A stretch of 32,000 nt of DNA from Faecalibaculum rodentium. Lineage in GTDB: Bacteria > Bacillota_I > Bacilli_A > Erysipelotrichales > Erysipelotrichaceae. Under the pieces are notes generated by a model. It saw nothing but the letters and a program-made list of their open reading frames with translations, had not been told where the DNA came from and searched no databases. The DNA lies in contig NZ_CP011391.1 in NCBI RefSeq assembly GCF_001564455.1, positions 1,020,001 to 1,052,000 on the forward strand, in the 5' to 3' direction. How positions within the stretch are numbered: the first letter of the stretch is position 1; the number at the start of each line of letters is the position of its first letter. The position numbers and the translations under genes are program-made. This document shows, piece by piece, positions 12,607 to 21,179 of this stretch.

Positions 12607-12679
12607 TTGTCTGCACCGTTGATGCGGCATCGTTTCAAACCGGCTGAGCCCGGATCCGGCATGGAAGGAGAACGATCAG

Positions 12680-15076
12680 ATGTACGATCACAAAAGCATT
12701 GAAAAGAAGTGGCAGGACCGGTGGCTGAAGGAAAAAACCTTTGCCACAGATACCTCCGACTTCTCCAAACCCAAATACTATGTCCTGGACATGTTCCCAT
12801 ATCCAAGCGGCAATGGCCTGCATGTTGGCCACCCCGAGGGATATACGGCAACAGACATTATCGCCCGCAAAAAGCGCATGGACGGATACAATGTGCTGCA
12901 TCCCATGGGCTTTGATTCCTTCGGACTGCCTGCTGAACAGTATGCCATCCAGACAGGGAATCACCCCTCAGAGTTCACAAAGAAAAACATTGACCATTTC
13001 AGAGATCAGATCCAGGCTCTTGGGTTCAGCTACGACTGGGACAGAGAAATAGCGACCAGCGATCCTGACTACTACAAATGGACGCAGTGGATCTTCCTTC
13101 AGCTGTACGAACAGGGACTTGCCTACATCGATGAAATCCCGGTTAACTGGTGTCCCGAACTGAAGTGCGTGCTTGCCAATGAAGAAGTCATTGACGGCAA
13201 ATCGGAACGTGGCGGATACCCCGTTGTCCGGAAACCCATGCGGCAGTGGGTGCTGAAAATCACAGAGTATGCAGAGCGGCTGCTGAAGGACCTGGATGAT
13301 GTCGACTGGCCTGAGTCCACCAAGGAGATGCAGCGCAACTGGATCGGCAAGTCAAATGGTGCCAATGTGGTCTTTGGAATTGATGGTCATGACAGGGAGT
13401 TCACAGTATTCACCACCCGCTGTGACACACTGTTTGGCGCAACCTATTGTGTTCTGGCCCCTGAACATCCCTTTGTGGATGAAATCACCACACCGGAGCA
13501 GAAAGAAGCGGTAGAAGCCTACAAGAAAGCCTGTGCAACCAAATCCGATCTGGAACGCACGGAACTGAACAAGGAAAAGACAGGTGTCTTCACCGGCGCC
13601 TATGCCGTCAATCCGGTCAACGGGAAAAAAATCCCCATCTGGATCTCCGATTATGTTCTCGCAAGTTATGGCACAGGTGCAATCATGGCTGTTCCGGCCC
13701 ATGACACCCGGGACTATGAATTTGCCAGGAAGTTCGGCCTGGAAATCATACCGGTGCTGGAAGGCGGAAACATTGAGGAAGAAGCCTGGACAGAAGACGG
13801 GGTTCACATCAACTCCGAATGGCTGAATGGCCTGGGCAAAGAGGAAGCCATTGCAAAAATGATTGCCTGGCTGGAGGAAAAAGGCGTTGGCGAAGCCAAA
13901 ACCACCTACAAACTCCGTGACTGGCTGTTTTCCCGGCAGCGGTACTGGGGGGAACCGATTCCCATCATCCACATGGAAGATGGGACCACCCGTACCGTGG
14001 ATATAAAAGACCTGCCGCTGGAACTGCCGGCAACAGACAATTTCCAGCCGGCAGACAATGGCGAGTCCCCTCTGGCCAATGTGCCGGATTTCCTGAATGT
14101 GGAAATTGACGGCGTCAAAGGAACAAGAGAAACGAACACCATGCCCCAGTGGGCCGGATCCTGCTGGTATTACCTGCGGTATATCGATCCCAAAAACCAG
14201 GACACCCTGGCTGACAAAAAGCTGCTGGAACACTGGCTTCCTGTGGATCTGTATGTCGGTGGAGCGGAACATGCCGTTCTGCATCTGCTTTACAGCCGGT
14301 TCTGGCACAAGGTCCTGTATGACCGTGGCGTTGTTCCCACGAAGGAACCCTTCCAGAAGCTGTTCCACCAGGGCATGATCCTGGGGGAGAACGGTGAAAA
14401 AATGTCCAAGTCCCGTGGAAATGTGGTAAATCCGGATGAGATCATTGAGTCTCATGGTGCAGATGCCCTGCGGGTATATGAAATGTTCATGGGTCCTCTG
14501 GAAGCGGGTCTGCCATGGAGTGCCAGAGGCCTCGACGGAACCAGGAAATGGCTTGAGCGGGTATGGCGTGCCTATCATGGTGCAGTGGAAATCACGGAAA
14601 CCAATGACCATGCGCTGGACAAAGTCTACAACCAGACGGTGAAGAAAGTGACAAAGGACATTGATACTCTGAACTTCAACACGGCTGTCAGCGCCATGCA
14701 GATTTTCATGAACGAAGTCTACAAACACAAATCCATGCCGGTTGAGTATGCAGAAGGATTTGTCAAACTTCTGTACCCCTTTGCACCGCACCTGGGAGAA
14801 GAGCTCTGGGAAGAAGTGTTCCACAACAGCGAATCCATTGCCTACACGTCCTGGCCTGAATGGGATGAATCCAAACTGGTGGAGGCAGTCAACACCATCG
14901 TTGTGCAGGTCAACGGAAAAGTCCGCGGCAAATTTGAAGCTGCAGCAGGCACTGATGACAAGGCACTGGAGGAAACAGCCCTTTCTCTGGGTTCTGTACA
15001 GAAACACCTTGAGGGCAAGGATGTCAAAAAAGTCATTGTCATCAAGGGCAGAGTTGTGAATATTGTTGCGAAGTAG
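12680..15076 (+). CDS. leuS: Leucine--tRNA ligase
   Basis: 798 aa. It begins [19 protein letters not shown]-type motif is HVGHPEGY and the KMSKS motif is [17 protein letters not shown] at 12665-12670. Confidence 0.97.
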   Translation: MYDHKSIEKKWQDRWLKEKTFATDTSDFSKPKYYVLDMFPYPSGNGLHVGHPEGYTATDIIARKKRMDGYNVLHPMGFDSFGLPAEQYAIQTGNHPSEFTKKNIDHFRDQIQALGFSYDWDREIATSDPDYYKWTQWIFLQLYEQGLAYIDEIPVNWCPELKCVLANEEVIDGKSERGGYPVVRKPMRQWVLKITEYAERLLKDLDDVDWPESTKEMQRNWIGKSNGANVVFGIDGHDREFTVFTTRCDTLFGATYCVLAPEHPFVDEITTPEQKEAVEAYKKACATKSDLERTELNKEKTGVFTGAYAVNPVNGKKIPIWISDYVLASYGTGAIMAVPAHDTRDYEFARKFGLEIIPVLEGGNIEEEAWTEDGVHINSEWLNGLGKEEAIAKMIAWLEEKGVGEAKTTYKLRDWLFSRQRYWGEPIPIIHMEDGTTRTVDIKDLPLELPATDNFQPADNGESPLANVPDFLNVEIDGVKGTRETNTMPQWAGSCWYYLRYIDPKNQDTLADKKLLEHWLPVDLYVGGAEHAVLHLLYSRFWHKVLYDRGVVPTKEPFQKLFHQGMILGENGEKMSKSRGNVVNPDEIIESHGADALRVYEMFMGPLEAGLPWSARGLDGTRKWLERVWRAYHGAVEITETNDHALDKVYNQTVKKVTKDIDTLNFNTAVSAMQIFMNEVYKHKSMPVEYAEGFVKLLYPFAPHLGEELWEEVFHNSESIAYTSWPEWDESKLVEAVNTIVVQVNGKVRGKFEAAAGTDDKALEETALSLGSVQKHLEGKDVKKVIVIKGRVVNIVAK

Positions 15077-15110
15077 AGAAAATATCTGAATGTTGAACGG
15101 TTTGCCGACC

Positions 15111-15149
15111 GGGGACAGAATGCTGTACCCGCCTGCAGGCCGTTTTTTT
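15111..15149 (+). terminator. Probable leuS terminator
   Basis: GGGGACAG/CTGTACCC hairpin (15111-15130, one mismatch). A GCCTGCAGGC mini-palindrome and T7 (15143-15149) follow. Confidence 0.45.
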
Positions 15150-15317
15150 ATTCTCAGAGCAATGGACAGGTCTGCGAGTCAGGCACAGGGAATCGCAAAC
15201 AAACTGCCTGAAATCAGGACTCGGCTGCCGGGGCTCTCTGAGATAGTCAGGAAAACTGCTGATATATGGCAACAATCGTGCCAGTTAGTGAGATAAGATT
15301 GCTTCATGATCGGCATT

Positions 15318-15341
15318 GAAAAAGACCGGCCAAAGCCGGTC
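15318..15341 (-). terminator. Terminator of the XRE/S24 repressor gene
   Basis: Perfect 7-bp stem GACCGGC/GCCGGTC (15324-15341), loop CAAA. On the plus strand A5 precedes it, which is U5 after the hairpin on the minus strand. Confidence 0.7.
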
Positions 15342-15356
15342 GGCAGGGGAAATCAA

Positions 15357-16004
15357 TCAGGATCCTTTGCGGGTGATCCGAAGCCTGTAGGCGCCAAGGA
15401 TGCGGAATTCATCATCTCCGGTAATGGGGATGGGGTCATAGTCTTCATTGTCTGACATAAGCCAGAATGAGCCGTCAGGTTTCTTTTCGAGTCGTTTGCA
15501 GTAATATGAACCGTTCAGACTGAAGGCGCCAATCTGGCCATAGCGTACATTTTCCGTCTGTTCAAAGATGATGCAGTCTCCATTTTCAATAGTCGGGTAC
15601 ATGGAGTTTCCTTCGGCAGGATTGGCGAAGTAATCCTTGGATGGGCGGAGCATCCAGTCGGGAGCGCCTGTATAAGCTTCCGGCTGCTCATTCACCCAGA
15701 GGCCGGTTCCGCAGGAGATGCAGGAATACACAGGGATCGGCTGCAGCCTGGGAATCGCAAATTCTTCTGAACTGCTGCGAATATCCGAGCGTCCCATCAT
15801 CCAGTCAATGTCGGTGTTGAAGAAATCGGCAAGCCGTACGAGAATATTGCGCCCGGGCTGCCGTTCACCGCGTTCGATATAGGAAATGTAGGCCTTCGAG
15901 ACCCCCAGTTCCTTTCCCAGGGAGTCCAGTGACATGCCGCGTTCTTTGCGCAGCGACTGGATTCTTTCCCCGACGATGTTGTCCTTCAGCTGTTTGTTTT
16001 CCAT
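15357..16004 (-). CDS. XRE-family HTH repressor fused to an S24 (LexA/CI-like) self-cleaving peptidase domain
   Basis: 215 aa. The N-terminal HTH_3-type region is IQSLRKERGMSLDSLGKELGVSKAYISYIERGERQP. The C-terminal S24 domain has catalytic Ser in GNSMYPT and Lys in YCKRL. The linker PVYSCISCGTG sits where LexA/CI carry the Ala-Gly cleavage site. Confidence 0.85.
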   Translation of the reverse strand: MENKQLKDNIVGERIQSLRKERGMSLDSLGKELGVSKAYISYIERGERQPGRNILVRLADFFNTDIDWMMGRSDIRSSSEEFAIPRLQPIPVYSCISCGTGLWVNEQPEAYTGAPDWMLRPSKDYFANPAEGNSMYPTIENGDCIIFEQTENVRYGQIGAFSLNGSYYCKRLEKKPDGSFWLMSDNEDYDPIPITGDDEFRILGAYRLRITRKGS

Positions 16005-16010
16005 GACTGA

Positions 16011-16039
16011 ATTATATCAGGACAACTTTCTGTTTACAA
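16011..16039 (-). promoter_or_regulatory. Promoter of the XRE/S24 repressor (predicted leaderless transcript)
   Basis: Minus strand: TTGTAA (16039-16034), 17-nt spacer, TATAAT (16016-16011), then TCAGTC and the ATG (16004). No SD is present. Confidence 0.6.
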
Positions 16040-16075
16040 TCTGAGATTTAGAGTTTATACTGACATCGTAAACAG
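16030..16075. repeat. Inverted repeat CTGTTTAC ... GTAAACAG (candidate operator half-sites)
   Basis: CTGTTTAC at 16030-16037 and its reverse complement at 16068-16075. Related copies are CTGTTTG at 15990-15996 and TGTTTACA at 16373-16380. Confidence 0.5.
16033..16061 (+). promoter_or_regulatory. Divergent promoter toward the small membrane ORF
   Basis: TTTACA (16033-16038), 17-nt spacer, TATACT (16056-16061). Its -35 overlaps the -35 of the opposing repressor promoter base for base. Confidence 0.5.
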
Positions 16076-16170
16076 TCCGTGAATGGATAGATACAAAATC
16101 AACATATGAAGTATCAAAATAAGTAATACAATCACGCTCTGTTTTCATCAGGAAAGGCAGGTACCACATA

Positions 16171-16347
16171 ATGAACGATGGACTGAAAGTACAGGAATTT
16201 AGAACATATCCGGCAGCTGCAGGCTGCTCACAGCCTCAACATCTTGTATCTTCTGCGAAAGCAGGCCGGATCTTCGATCTGACCGCTCCCTGGCTTGCTG
16301 TGGCAGCAGCTGCAGTGTCATTATGGATCGCCTGCTTTGGTGCATGA
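16171..16347 (+). CDS. Small hypothetical protein (58 aa) with a C-terminal transmembrane helix
   Basis: MNDGLKVQEFRTYPAAAGCSQPQHLVSSAKAGRIFDLTAPWLAVAAAAVSLWIACFGA. It is below the track cut-off. A GC-rich stretch begins at the ATG after an AT-rich spacer. SD is weak (AGG about 10 nt upstream). A hairpin terminator follows. Confidence 0.35.
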   Translation: MNDGLKVQEFRTYPAAAGCSQPQHLVSSAKAGRIFDLTAPWLAVAAAAVSLWIACFGA

Positions 16348-16349
16348 TC

Positions 16350-16377
16350 CAGTCATACTGCGCATGACTGTTTGTTT
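16350..16377 (+). terminator. Terminator after the small ORF
   Basis: Perfect 7-bp stem CAGTCAT/ATGACTG (16350-16370), then TTTGTTT. Confidence 0.55.
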
Positions 16378-16401
16378 ACAGCGAATTCCGATACCGTGTT
16401 C

Positions 16402-17832
16402 CTAAGCGTCGTAGGGTGAAGGAAGTGTCTGGCGGAATTGTGTGAGCCACTCATGGAATGCCGGTGAACATTCTCCGCTGTGCAGGAGATACGCCGAAAC
16501 CGTATCCAGAAACAGAGAACCGGATTGTTTTTGCAGAGCAGTCAGCTCCTTCCGGATGCAGTTTTCAAGGTCCTGACACGGAGACAGCAGATACAGATTG
16601 ACTCTGGCGGCCAGCCTGGACTCTCGTGCCAGGGAATCTTCAGGGTGCAGGGCGAGTACCTGATTGTAAAGAGCCACAGAGTATCTGTAATGACGGGTTC
16701 CCAGGGATCTGTCACTGCTCAGCCGGCCGCGTTCGTTTTCCATCTCTGCCCTTGCAGACAGATAGAAGGCAGGTTCCTTATCCTGCATCTGTTCGAAAAC
16801 AGGCCAGGCTTCCTCGTATAATGCGAGTTTTCTCCGGGTTTCTGTATCCGGAAGGACTGAAGCAAGATAATACGCAGTCCGTGCTGCATGTTCCGGTTTG
16901 TCCTGACCGGAAAGACACAGTTTTTTCTGAACTGTCAGGGCCTGTTCAAACAGGTGTGCAGCCTCGGTGTTTCTGCTTTCATTCAGGGCGAGCAGGCCAC
17001 CAATGTACAGTCTTCTCCCGTGAAAGTAGGATTTCTGTCTGGGCGGATCACCAGCCAGCAGGCGATCCGCCTTGTTCAGAAACTCATGTGCAGTTTCGTA
17101 CTCTTCCATATTGCCAAGACAGTTGGCAACGGACAGTAAAAGCTCTGCTTCGTATCCTGACAGATCGGTCACGGTTCCATCTGTTCTGTGCTGCTGCTTC
17201 ATTTCGCGCATCGCCTGTCTGTAAAGGTCCATGGCCTGATCCGGCCTCTCCATCTGCTCCAGCGAATCTGCCATATTATGAAGGATCAGCATCCGACGCA
17301 GCGGCTGCCAGTTTGAAGGGATACAGGATTCTGTTTCATGCAGCGCCTGCCTGTAAAACCTGAAAGCTGTATCCATATTCTCTTCAAACGAAGCCAGATC
17401 GGCAGTCAGGATCAGCCAGTCCATCCGCAGTCCTCCAGGAGGAAGCTGATGAAGAGAAGAAGACTGCAGGATGTTCCGGGCTCTGGTCACTTCTCCCATT
17501 TCTGCGCACCAGGCAGCCAGCGACAGACAGGCAGCCAGATCACTGGAATCAGTACAAATAGCTGTCAGTCGTTGCCCGGCTTCCTCGGTCTGTCCGGCGG
17601 CAAACAGACATTTCGCCAATTCCAGTTGCGCCCTGGGTGCAGTACCGGCGTTTCGGGCATGATCCAGTGCAGCCCGGCTGTCTGACAGCCCGCGCAGTAT
17701 CCTGGCCATCAGACGGTGCCAATCTGTATCATCCGTCTCCGTTCTCCTGGTTTTCTGCAATAGTTGCAGTGCTGATTTAAAATGCAGCCTGTCTGCTTCG
17801 TGTTCCACTTCTCTGATTTCGTCATCATTCAT
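16402..17832 (-). CDS. Hypothetical all-helical TPR-like repeat protein (476 aa)
   Basis: Long ORF with repeated helix-turn-helix-pair patterns, for example LLLSVANCLGNMEEYETAHEFLNKADRLL and AAHLFEQALTVQKKL. No signal peptide, HTH or catalytic motif was recognised. Confidence 0.7.
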   Translation of the reverse strand: MNDDEIREVEHEADRLHFKSALQLLQKTRRTETDDTDWHRLMARILRGLSDSRAALDHARNAGTAPRAQLELAKCLFAAGQTEEAGQRLTAICTDSSDLAACLSLAAWCAEMGEVTRARNILQSSSLHQLPPGGLRMDWLILTADLASFEENMDTAFRFYRQALHETESCIPSNWQPLRRMLILHNMADSLEQMERPDQAMDLYRQAMREMKQQHRTDGTVTDLSGYEAELLLSVANCLGNMEEYETAHEFLNKADRLLAGDPPRQKSYFHGRRLYIGGLLALNESRNTEAAHLFEQALTVQKKLCLSGQDKPEHAARTAYYLASVLPDTETRRKLALYEEAWPVFEQMQDKEPAFYLSARAEMENERGRLSSDRSLGTRHYRYSVALYNQVLALHPEDSLARESRLAARVNLYLLSPCQDLENCIRKELTALQKQSGSLFLDTVSAYLLHSGECSPAFHEWLTQFRQTLPSPYDA

Positions 17833-17848
17833 GATCCCATTTTAGTGG

Positions 17849-17878
17849 TTGACAACAGAAAGAGCCAGACGGTACTAT
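17849..17878 (+). promoter_or_regulatory. Promoter of the tyrS T-box leader
   Basis: TTGACA (17849-17854), 18-nt spacer, TACTAT (17873-17878). Confidence 0.5.
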
Positions 17879-17884
17879 CGTTGC

Positions 17885-18088
17885 ATAGCGAAGAACGGGA
17901 TCAGTACCCGGAGCGGAATACCTGAAGAGAGCGGCGGTTTGGTGCAACGCTGCGGATTCCACCGGCGAATACACCCGGGAGCATCCCCGAGGGACGCCTG
18001 GCCGGCGTTACAGGCAGAGGGCATGGACAGACTCCATGAACGAAGGTGGTACCGCGCGCAAGCGTCCTTTGACAGGACGCTTTTTTTA
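17885..18088 (+). promoter_or_regulatory. T-box leader (tRNA-Tyr sensing)
   Basis: Stem I elements GAAGAGAGC and TTGGTGCAACG. The specifier is GAA-TAC-A, with TAC at 17970-17972. The T-box core is GAACGAAGGTGGTACCGCG (18038-18056). The terminator is AGCGTCCT/AGGACGCT (18061-18081) followed by T7. Confidence 0.92.
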
Positions 18089-18139
18089 TACCCGGTGCAG
18101 CTGTCGAAAGATCCCGTCAGAATCAGGAGGAGAAATCAT

Positions 18140-19372
18140 ATGGAATTATTTGAAGAACTGCAATGGCGCGGTCTCGTCAACGACGTGACCAGCCCCGATC
18201 TCGAAAATGAAATCAACAACGGGGAACTGACATTTTATATTGGTACAGATCCCACGGCCGATTCCCTGCACATCGGGCACTATTCCAGCCTCCTGATGGC
18301 CAAACGTCTGCAAAAACACGGTCATCATCCCATCATGCTCGTTGGCGGTGCGACAGGATTCATTGGCGATCCTAAGGCTACAGGTGAACGAAGCATGCTG
18401 ACACCGGAGGTCCTTGCACACAACTACGAAGCCCTGCACCGGCAGATCAGCGATCTGTTCGGTTTCCAGATGGTCAACAACCTGGACTGGACCAAAGACC
18501 TGTCCATCATTGATTTCCTCCGGGACTACGGGAAATTCTTCAATGTAACCTATATGCTGAACAAGGAAACCGTCAAAAAGAGACTGGAGTCCGGCATCTC
18601 CTACACGGAGTTTTCCTACATGATCCTGCAGTCCCTGGACTTCCTGCACCTGCTGGAGGAATACAACTGCCAGATGCAGATCGGCGGACAGGACCAGTGG
18701 GGCAACATCACCTCCGGCCTGGAGCTGATCCGGAAGAAAAAAGGTGCTGATGTAAAAGCTTACGGCCTCACCATGCCGCTGATCACCAAAGCAGACGGAA
18801 CCAAGTTCGGAAAATCCGAGTCCGGAACAGTCTGGCTGGATCCCGAAAAGACCAGTCCCTATGATCTGTACCAGTTCCTGTTCAATACAGAGGATGCCAA
18901 AGTGGGCGAGTATCTGAAGAAACTCACCTTCCTGACCCCGGAAGAAATCGACGATCTGGAAAAACAGCAGGCCGAGGCTCCGCATCTGCGTCCGGCACAG
19001 AAAGCCCTGGCAGCGGAAGTGGTACGCGATCTGCACGGCCAGGAGGCGCTGGATACCGCGCTGGCCATCACGGAAGCTCTGTTCCGGGGCAGACTTCAGG
19101 AACTGACACCCAAACAGCGTCATCAGGCAGTGGCACCCATGGAAAAAATGGAGATTGCTGCGAATCTCCCCCTGGAAGATGTGCTGGTGCAGACAGGCAT
19201 TGCCAAGTCAAAGCGCGAAGCCAGGGAATGGACCAAATGCAATTCCATTGCCATCAACGGCGTCAAGGTCACAGATCCCATGCACATTGTAGGCGCAGAT
19301 GACATGTATGCAGATGACTGCGTGATCCTGAAAAAAGGAAAGAAAAACCAGTACTGCCTTCACCTGGTATAA
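18140..19372 (+). CDS. tyrS: Tyrosine--tRNA ligase
   Basis: 410 aa from ATG 18140 (AGGAGG 18126-18131). Starts MELFEELQWRGLV. HIGH motif is LHIGHY and the KMSKS-type motif is KFGKS. A C-terminal S4-like domain is present. The track's start at 17849 reads through the T-box leader. Confidence 0.96.
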   Translation: MELFEELQWRGLVNDVTSPDLENEINNGELTFYIGTDPTADSLHIGHYSSLLMAKRLQKHGHHPIMLVGGATGFIGDPKATGERSMLTPEVLAHNYEALHRQISDLFGFQMVNNLDWTKDLSIIDFLRDYGKFFNVTYMLNKETVKKRLESGISYTEFSYMILQSLDFLHLLEEYNCQMQIGGQDQWGNITSGLELIRKKKGADVKAYGLTMPLITKADGTKFGKSESGTVWLDPEKTSPYDLYQFLFNTEDAKVGEYLKKLTFLTPEEIDDLEKQQAEAPHLRPAQKALAAEVVRDLHGQEALDTALAITEALFRGRLQELTPKQRHQAVAPMEKMEIAANLPLEDVLVQTGIAKSKREAREWTKCNSIAINGVKVTDPMHIVGADDMYADDCVILKKGKKNQYCLHLV

Positions 19373-19394
19373 AACCAGGGAAGACAGAGATATG

Positions 19395-19452
19395 AAAACC
19401 GGCAGTGGCTGCATAGGCAGGCTGCCGGTATTTTTTCAGGAAAAAACTGGTT
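19395..19452 (+). repeat. Left copy of an imperfect ~58-nt direct repeat bracketing the low-GC islet
   Basis: AAAACCGGCAG..CTGCAT..GCAG..CTGCCGGT.TTTTTC.GG.AAAAA.C.GGT. The same blocks recur in the same order at 21180-21235. Confidence 0.65.
19398..19436 (+). terminator. tyrS terminator
   Basis: Perfect 8-bp stem ACCGGCAG (19398-19405) / CTGCCGGT (19422-19429). A and T6 follow. Confidence 0.8.
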
Positions 19453-19696
19453 AACATTATAAAATTGGAAGGCTTCATTCTATGATTAACATTTATAATG
19501 CGATAAAAGCAATGATCGTTGGATCTGAGATGTCGAAAGAGTTTTGTGAAATATATCAGACGAATGCAGCAAGTGTAAACATTAAAAAAATATATATATT
19601 CAAGATATATAAGATAAATATATCGCCAATATAGTGCCAAACGAACTAAAACGCAATCCGTAGCGGAAAGTGACGAATCAAATAACTACAAGTTTC

Positions 19697-19725
19697 TTGA
19701 AAGCCCTTTCTCAGTGTGCTATACC
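19697..19725 (+). promoter_or_regulatory. Candidate promoter of the islet genes
   Basis: TTGAAA (19697-19702), 17-nt spacer, extended -10 TGcTATACC (19717-19725). Confidence 0.45.
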
Positions 19726-19789
19726 TTAATTAAGGAGAGCTCGACTAAGAAAGGAAAACAGCATCTAAAAATGATATTGAATAAATCTG

Positions 19790-20398
19790 GTGAAAAAATT
19801 TAAATATTTGCTCGTTATGGCAACTGCGTTTTTGTTGACGATATTCTCGTTGAATCCTATCCATGCAACGACAGATGAATTCCATGAAATTTATGCAGGT
19901 AATGTAACTGAAGGTGTCACTGTCTTTGAAAACAGCAAAGGGGAGAAAACTGCGATTCTCGATCAAGCTGTATTAAGTGGAACAGTTACATTGTACAGTG
20001 TTGGTGATGAGGTTGTGACATTAGATATCCAGCCAGAATCGGGCATATCTCCTTATGCAACTGGCCCGTGGAGTGCGGGGACAATTCCGAGTGGAACCAG
20101 TACATTAACACCACATTATTCTAACGGCTTTGTAAGCGCTTCGTTTAACGCAACTGTACAAAAATCACCTACAATGATTCGGACTGTGTATAACCCGAGT
20201 ATTACTGGTGCATTAGTGACTATAAATTCTTCTAATTTATCAATCGTTAGAGGTAGTGCTGGCTCTTCAACAGCGATAGCGAGCTTAACATTTATAGGTA
20301 ATGTGACTCAGGATGGCTATACAGCGGTTTCAGGCAGTTGGTATTTAACTTTGGAACTTGATTCAGCGGGCCACACTCGGATATCTTGGAATTATTAA
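19790..20398 (+). CDS. Secreted hypothetical protein (beta-rich, Ser/Thr/Gly-rich)
   Basis: 202 aa with a GTG start. Sec signal peptide (M)KKFKYLLVMATAFLLTIFSLNPIHA|TT. GC is lower than in the flanks. No recognisable family motif. Confidence 0.7.
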   Translation: MKKFKYLLVMATAFLLTIFSLNPIHATTDEFHEIYAGNVTEGVTVFENSKGEKTAILDQAVLSGTVTLYSVGDEVVTLDIQPESGISPYATGPWSAGTIPSGTSTLTPHYSNGFVSASFNATVQKSPTMIRTVYNPSITGALVTINSSNLSIVRGSAGSSTAIASLTFIGNVTQDGYTAVSGSWYLTLELDSAGHTRISWNY

Positions 20399-20413
20399 TG
20401 AAATCTACGTTCG

Positions 20414-21160
20414 ATGAGTAAGTTTGCTAATCTTTCCTGCGGATGTTTATTGATCACCTCTCAGATACTTGGTGGATGTACAGCGAAAGAACCCATCCAG
20501 AAAACATCTACTGTTTCCCTCCAGCCTGTGTATGAAGCCTGCCAGTCCGTGGATGGTGATATGGAATCGACCAATCTGTCTGAAGCTCTGGATTCCCTGG
20601 AGTCCTGTACTGGCGTAGAAGTCAGCAGAGGTGGGTATACCTGGCAGATTCTCCGCGATGATTCAGGTGTTTCAACGGTACAGATTGGTCAGTCTCCTGA
20701 TACAGAAACCTGGACTGTGGATATATACAGTAAAGATGTCCAGTTGAACTTTGTCCTGATCCGGGAAACAGATAAGGAATGGAGTCTCCAGCAGATTCTT
20801 TCTTCAGATAACAAAGAATCTGCTGACTGGGACTGGGATACGATGATCTGGAATCTTCTGTTTCCAGGCATTTCGGTCAGTGACAGGGAAGAGTGTTTGA
20901 AGGAGGCTGAGAAAGCTGGGAGTAATTGGCAGATACCATTTACCAGTGAAAATGGAGCAGACTGCCTGTATGAGGTAACAATGAACAGCTGTGGATTGCC
21001 GGCAACCATCCTGCTGCAGAGTGATGGTCAAATAATCTGGAGCACAGATGTCAAAATCCTAGAGAACGGAACCGATATACAATCGGAGCTTGCCGGGATT
21101 GCTGTTCAAGTGGGATCAGGCGACATCAATACTGGTGAATCGGTAGTTTTACCAAACTGA
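20414..21160 (+). CDS. Putative lipoprotein
   Basis: 248 aa. Lipobox MSKFANLSCGCLLITSQILGG|C. The mature part is acidic. It starts 15 nt after the preceding stop. Confidence 0.65.
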   Translation: MSKFANLSCGCLLITSQILGGCTAKEPIQKTSTVSLQPVYEACQSVDGDMESTNLSEALDSLESCTGVEVSRGGYTWQILRDDSGVSTVQIGQSPDTETWTVDIYSKDVQLNFVLIRETDKEWSLQQILSSDNKESADWDWDTMIWNLLFPGISVSDREECLKEAEKAGSNWQIPFTSENGADCLYEVTMNSCGLPATILLQSDGQIIWSTDVKILENGTDIQSELAGIAVQVGSGDINTGESVVLPN

Positions 21161-21179
21161 TAATCAGATAAACCCCCAT

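Noticed and set aside
11812-12851. Minus-strand ORFs 11812..12576 (254 aa) and 12192..12851 (219 aa).
   Set aside because: They run antisense through comGF, comGG, the Leu T-box leader and the leuS start. Their composition is Arg/Ser/Cys/Pro-rich and looks non-protein-like.
13352-15007. 551-aa minus-strand ORF antisense to leuS.
   Set aside because: This is a shadow ORF opposite a confidently identified aminoacyl-tRNA synthetase. It has a low-complexity, Gly/Phe/Val/His-rich composition and no motifs.
15150-15300. 68-aa ORF 15090..15296 between leuS and the repressor gene.
   Set aside because: It starts inside the leuS terminator region. It has no SD and no motifs, and it lies between two convergent terminators.
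16214-16315. The 10-nt GCAGCTGCAG occurs twice (16214 and 16306) inside the small ORF. It was considered as a structured sRNA signature.
   Set aside because: It is equally explained by Ala/Ala-rich codons (AAAG, AAAA). No independent support for an RNA gene can be obtained by eye.
17849-18139. N-terminal 97-aa extension of tyrS in the ORF track.
   Set aside because: This stretch is the T-box leader, with a specifier, a T-box core and a terminator. The real start is ATG 18140, which has an AGGAGG SD.
19482-19634. 50-codon ORF MINIYNAIKAMIVGSEMSKEFCEIYQTNAASVNIKKIYIFKIYKINISPI in the AT-rich left end of the islet. It could be a peptide precursor.
   Set aside because: It has no signal or leader motif (no double-Gly, no lipobox), an Ile/Lys/Tyr-rich tail typical of translated AT-rich DNA, and no terminator. 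It is not supportable as a gene.
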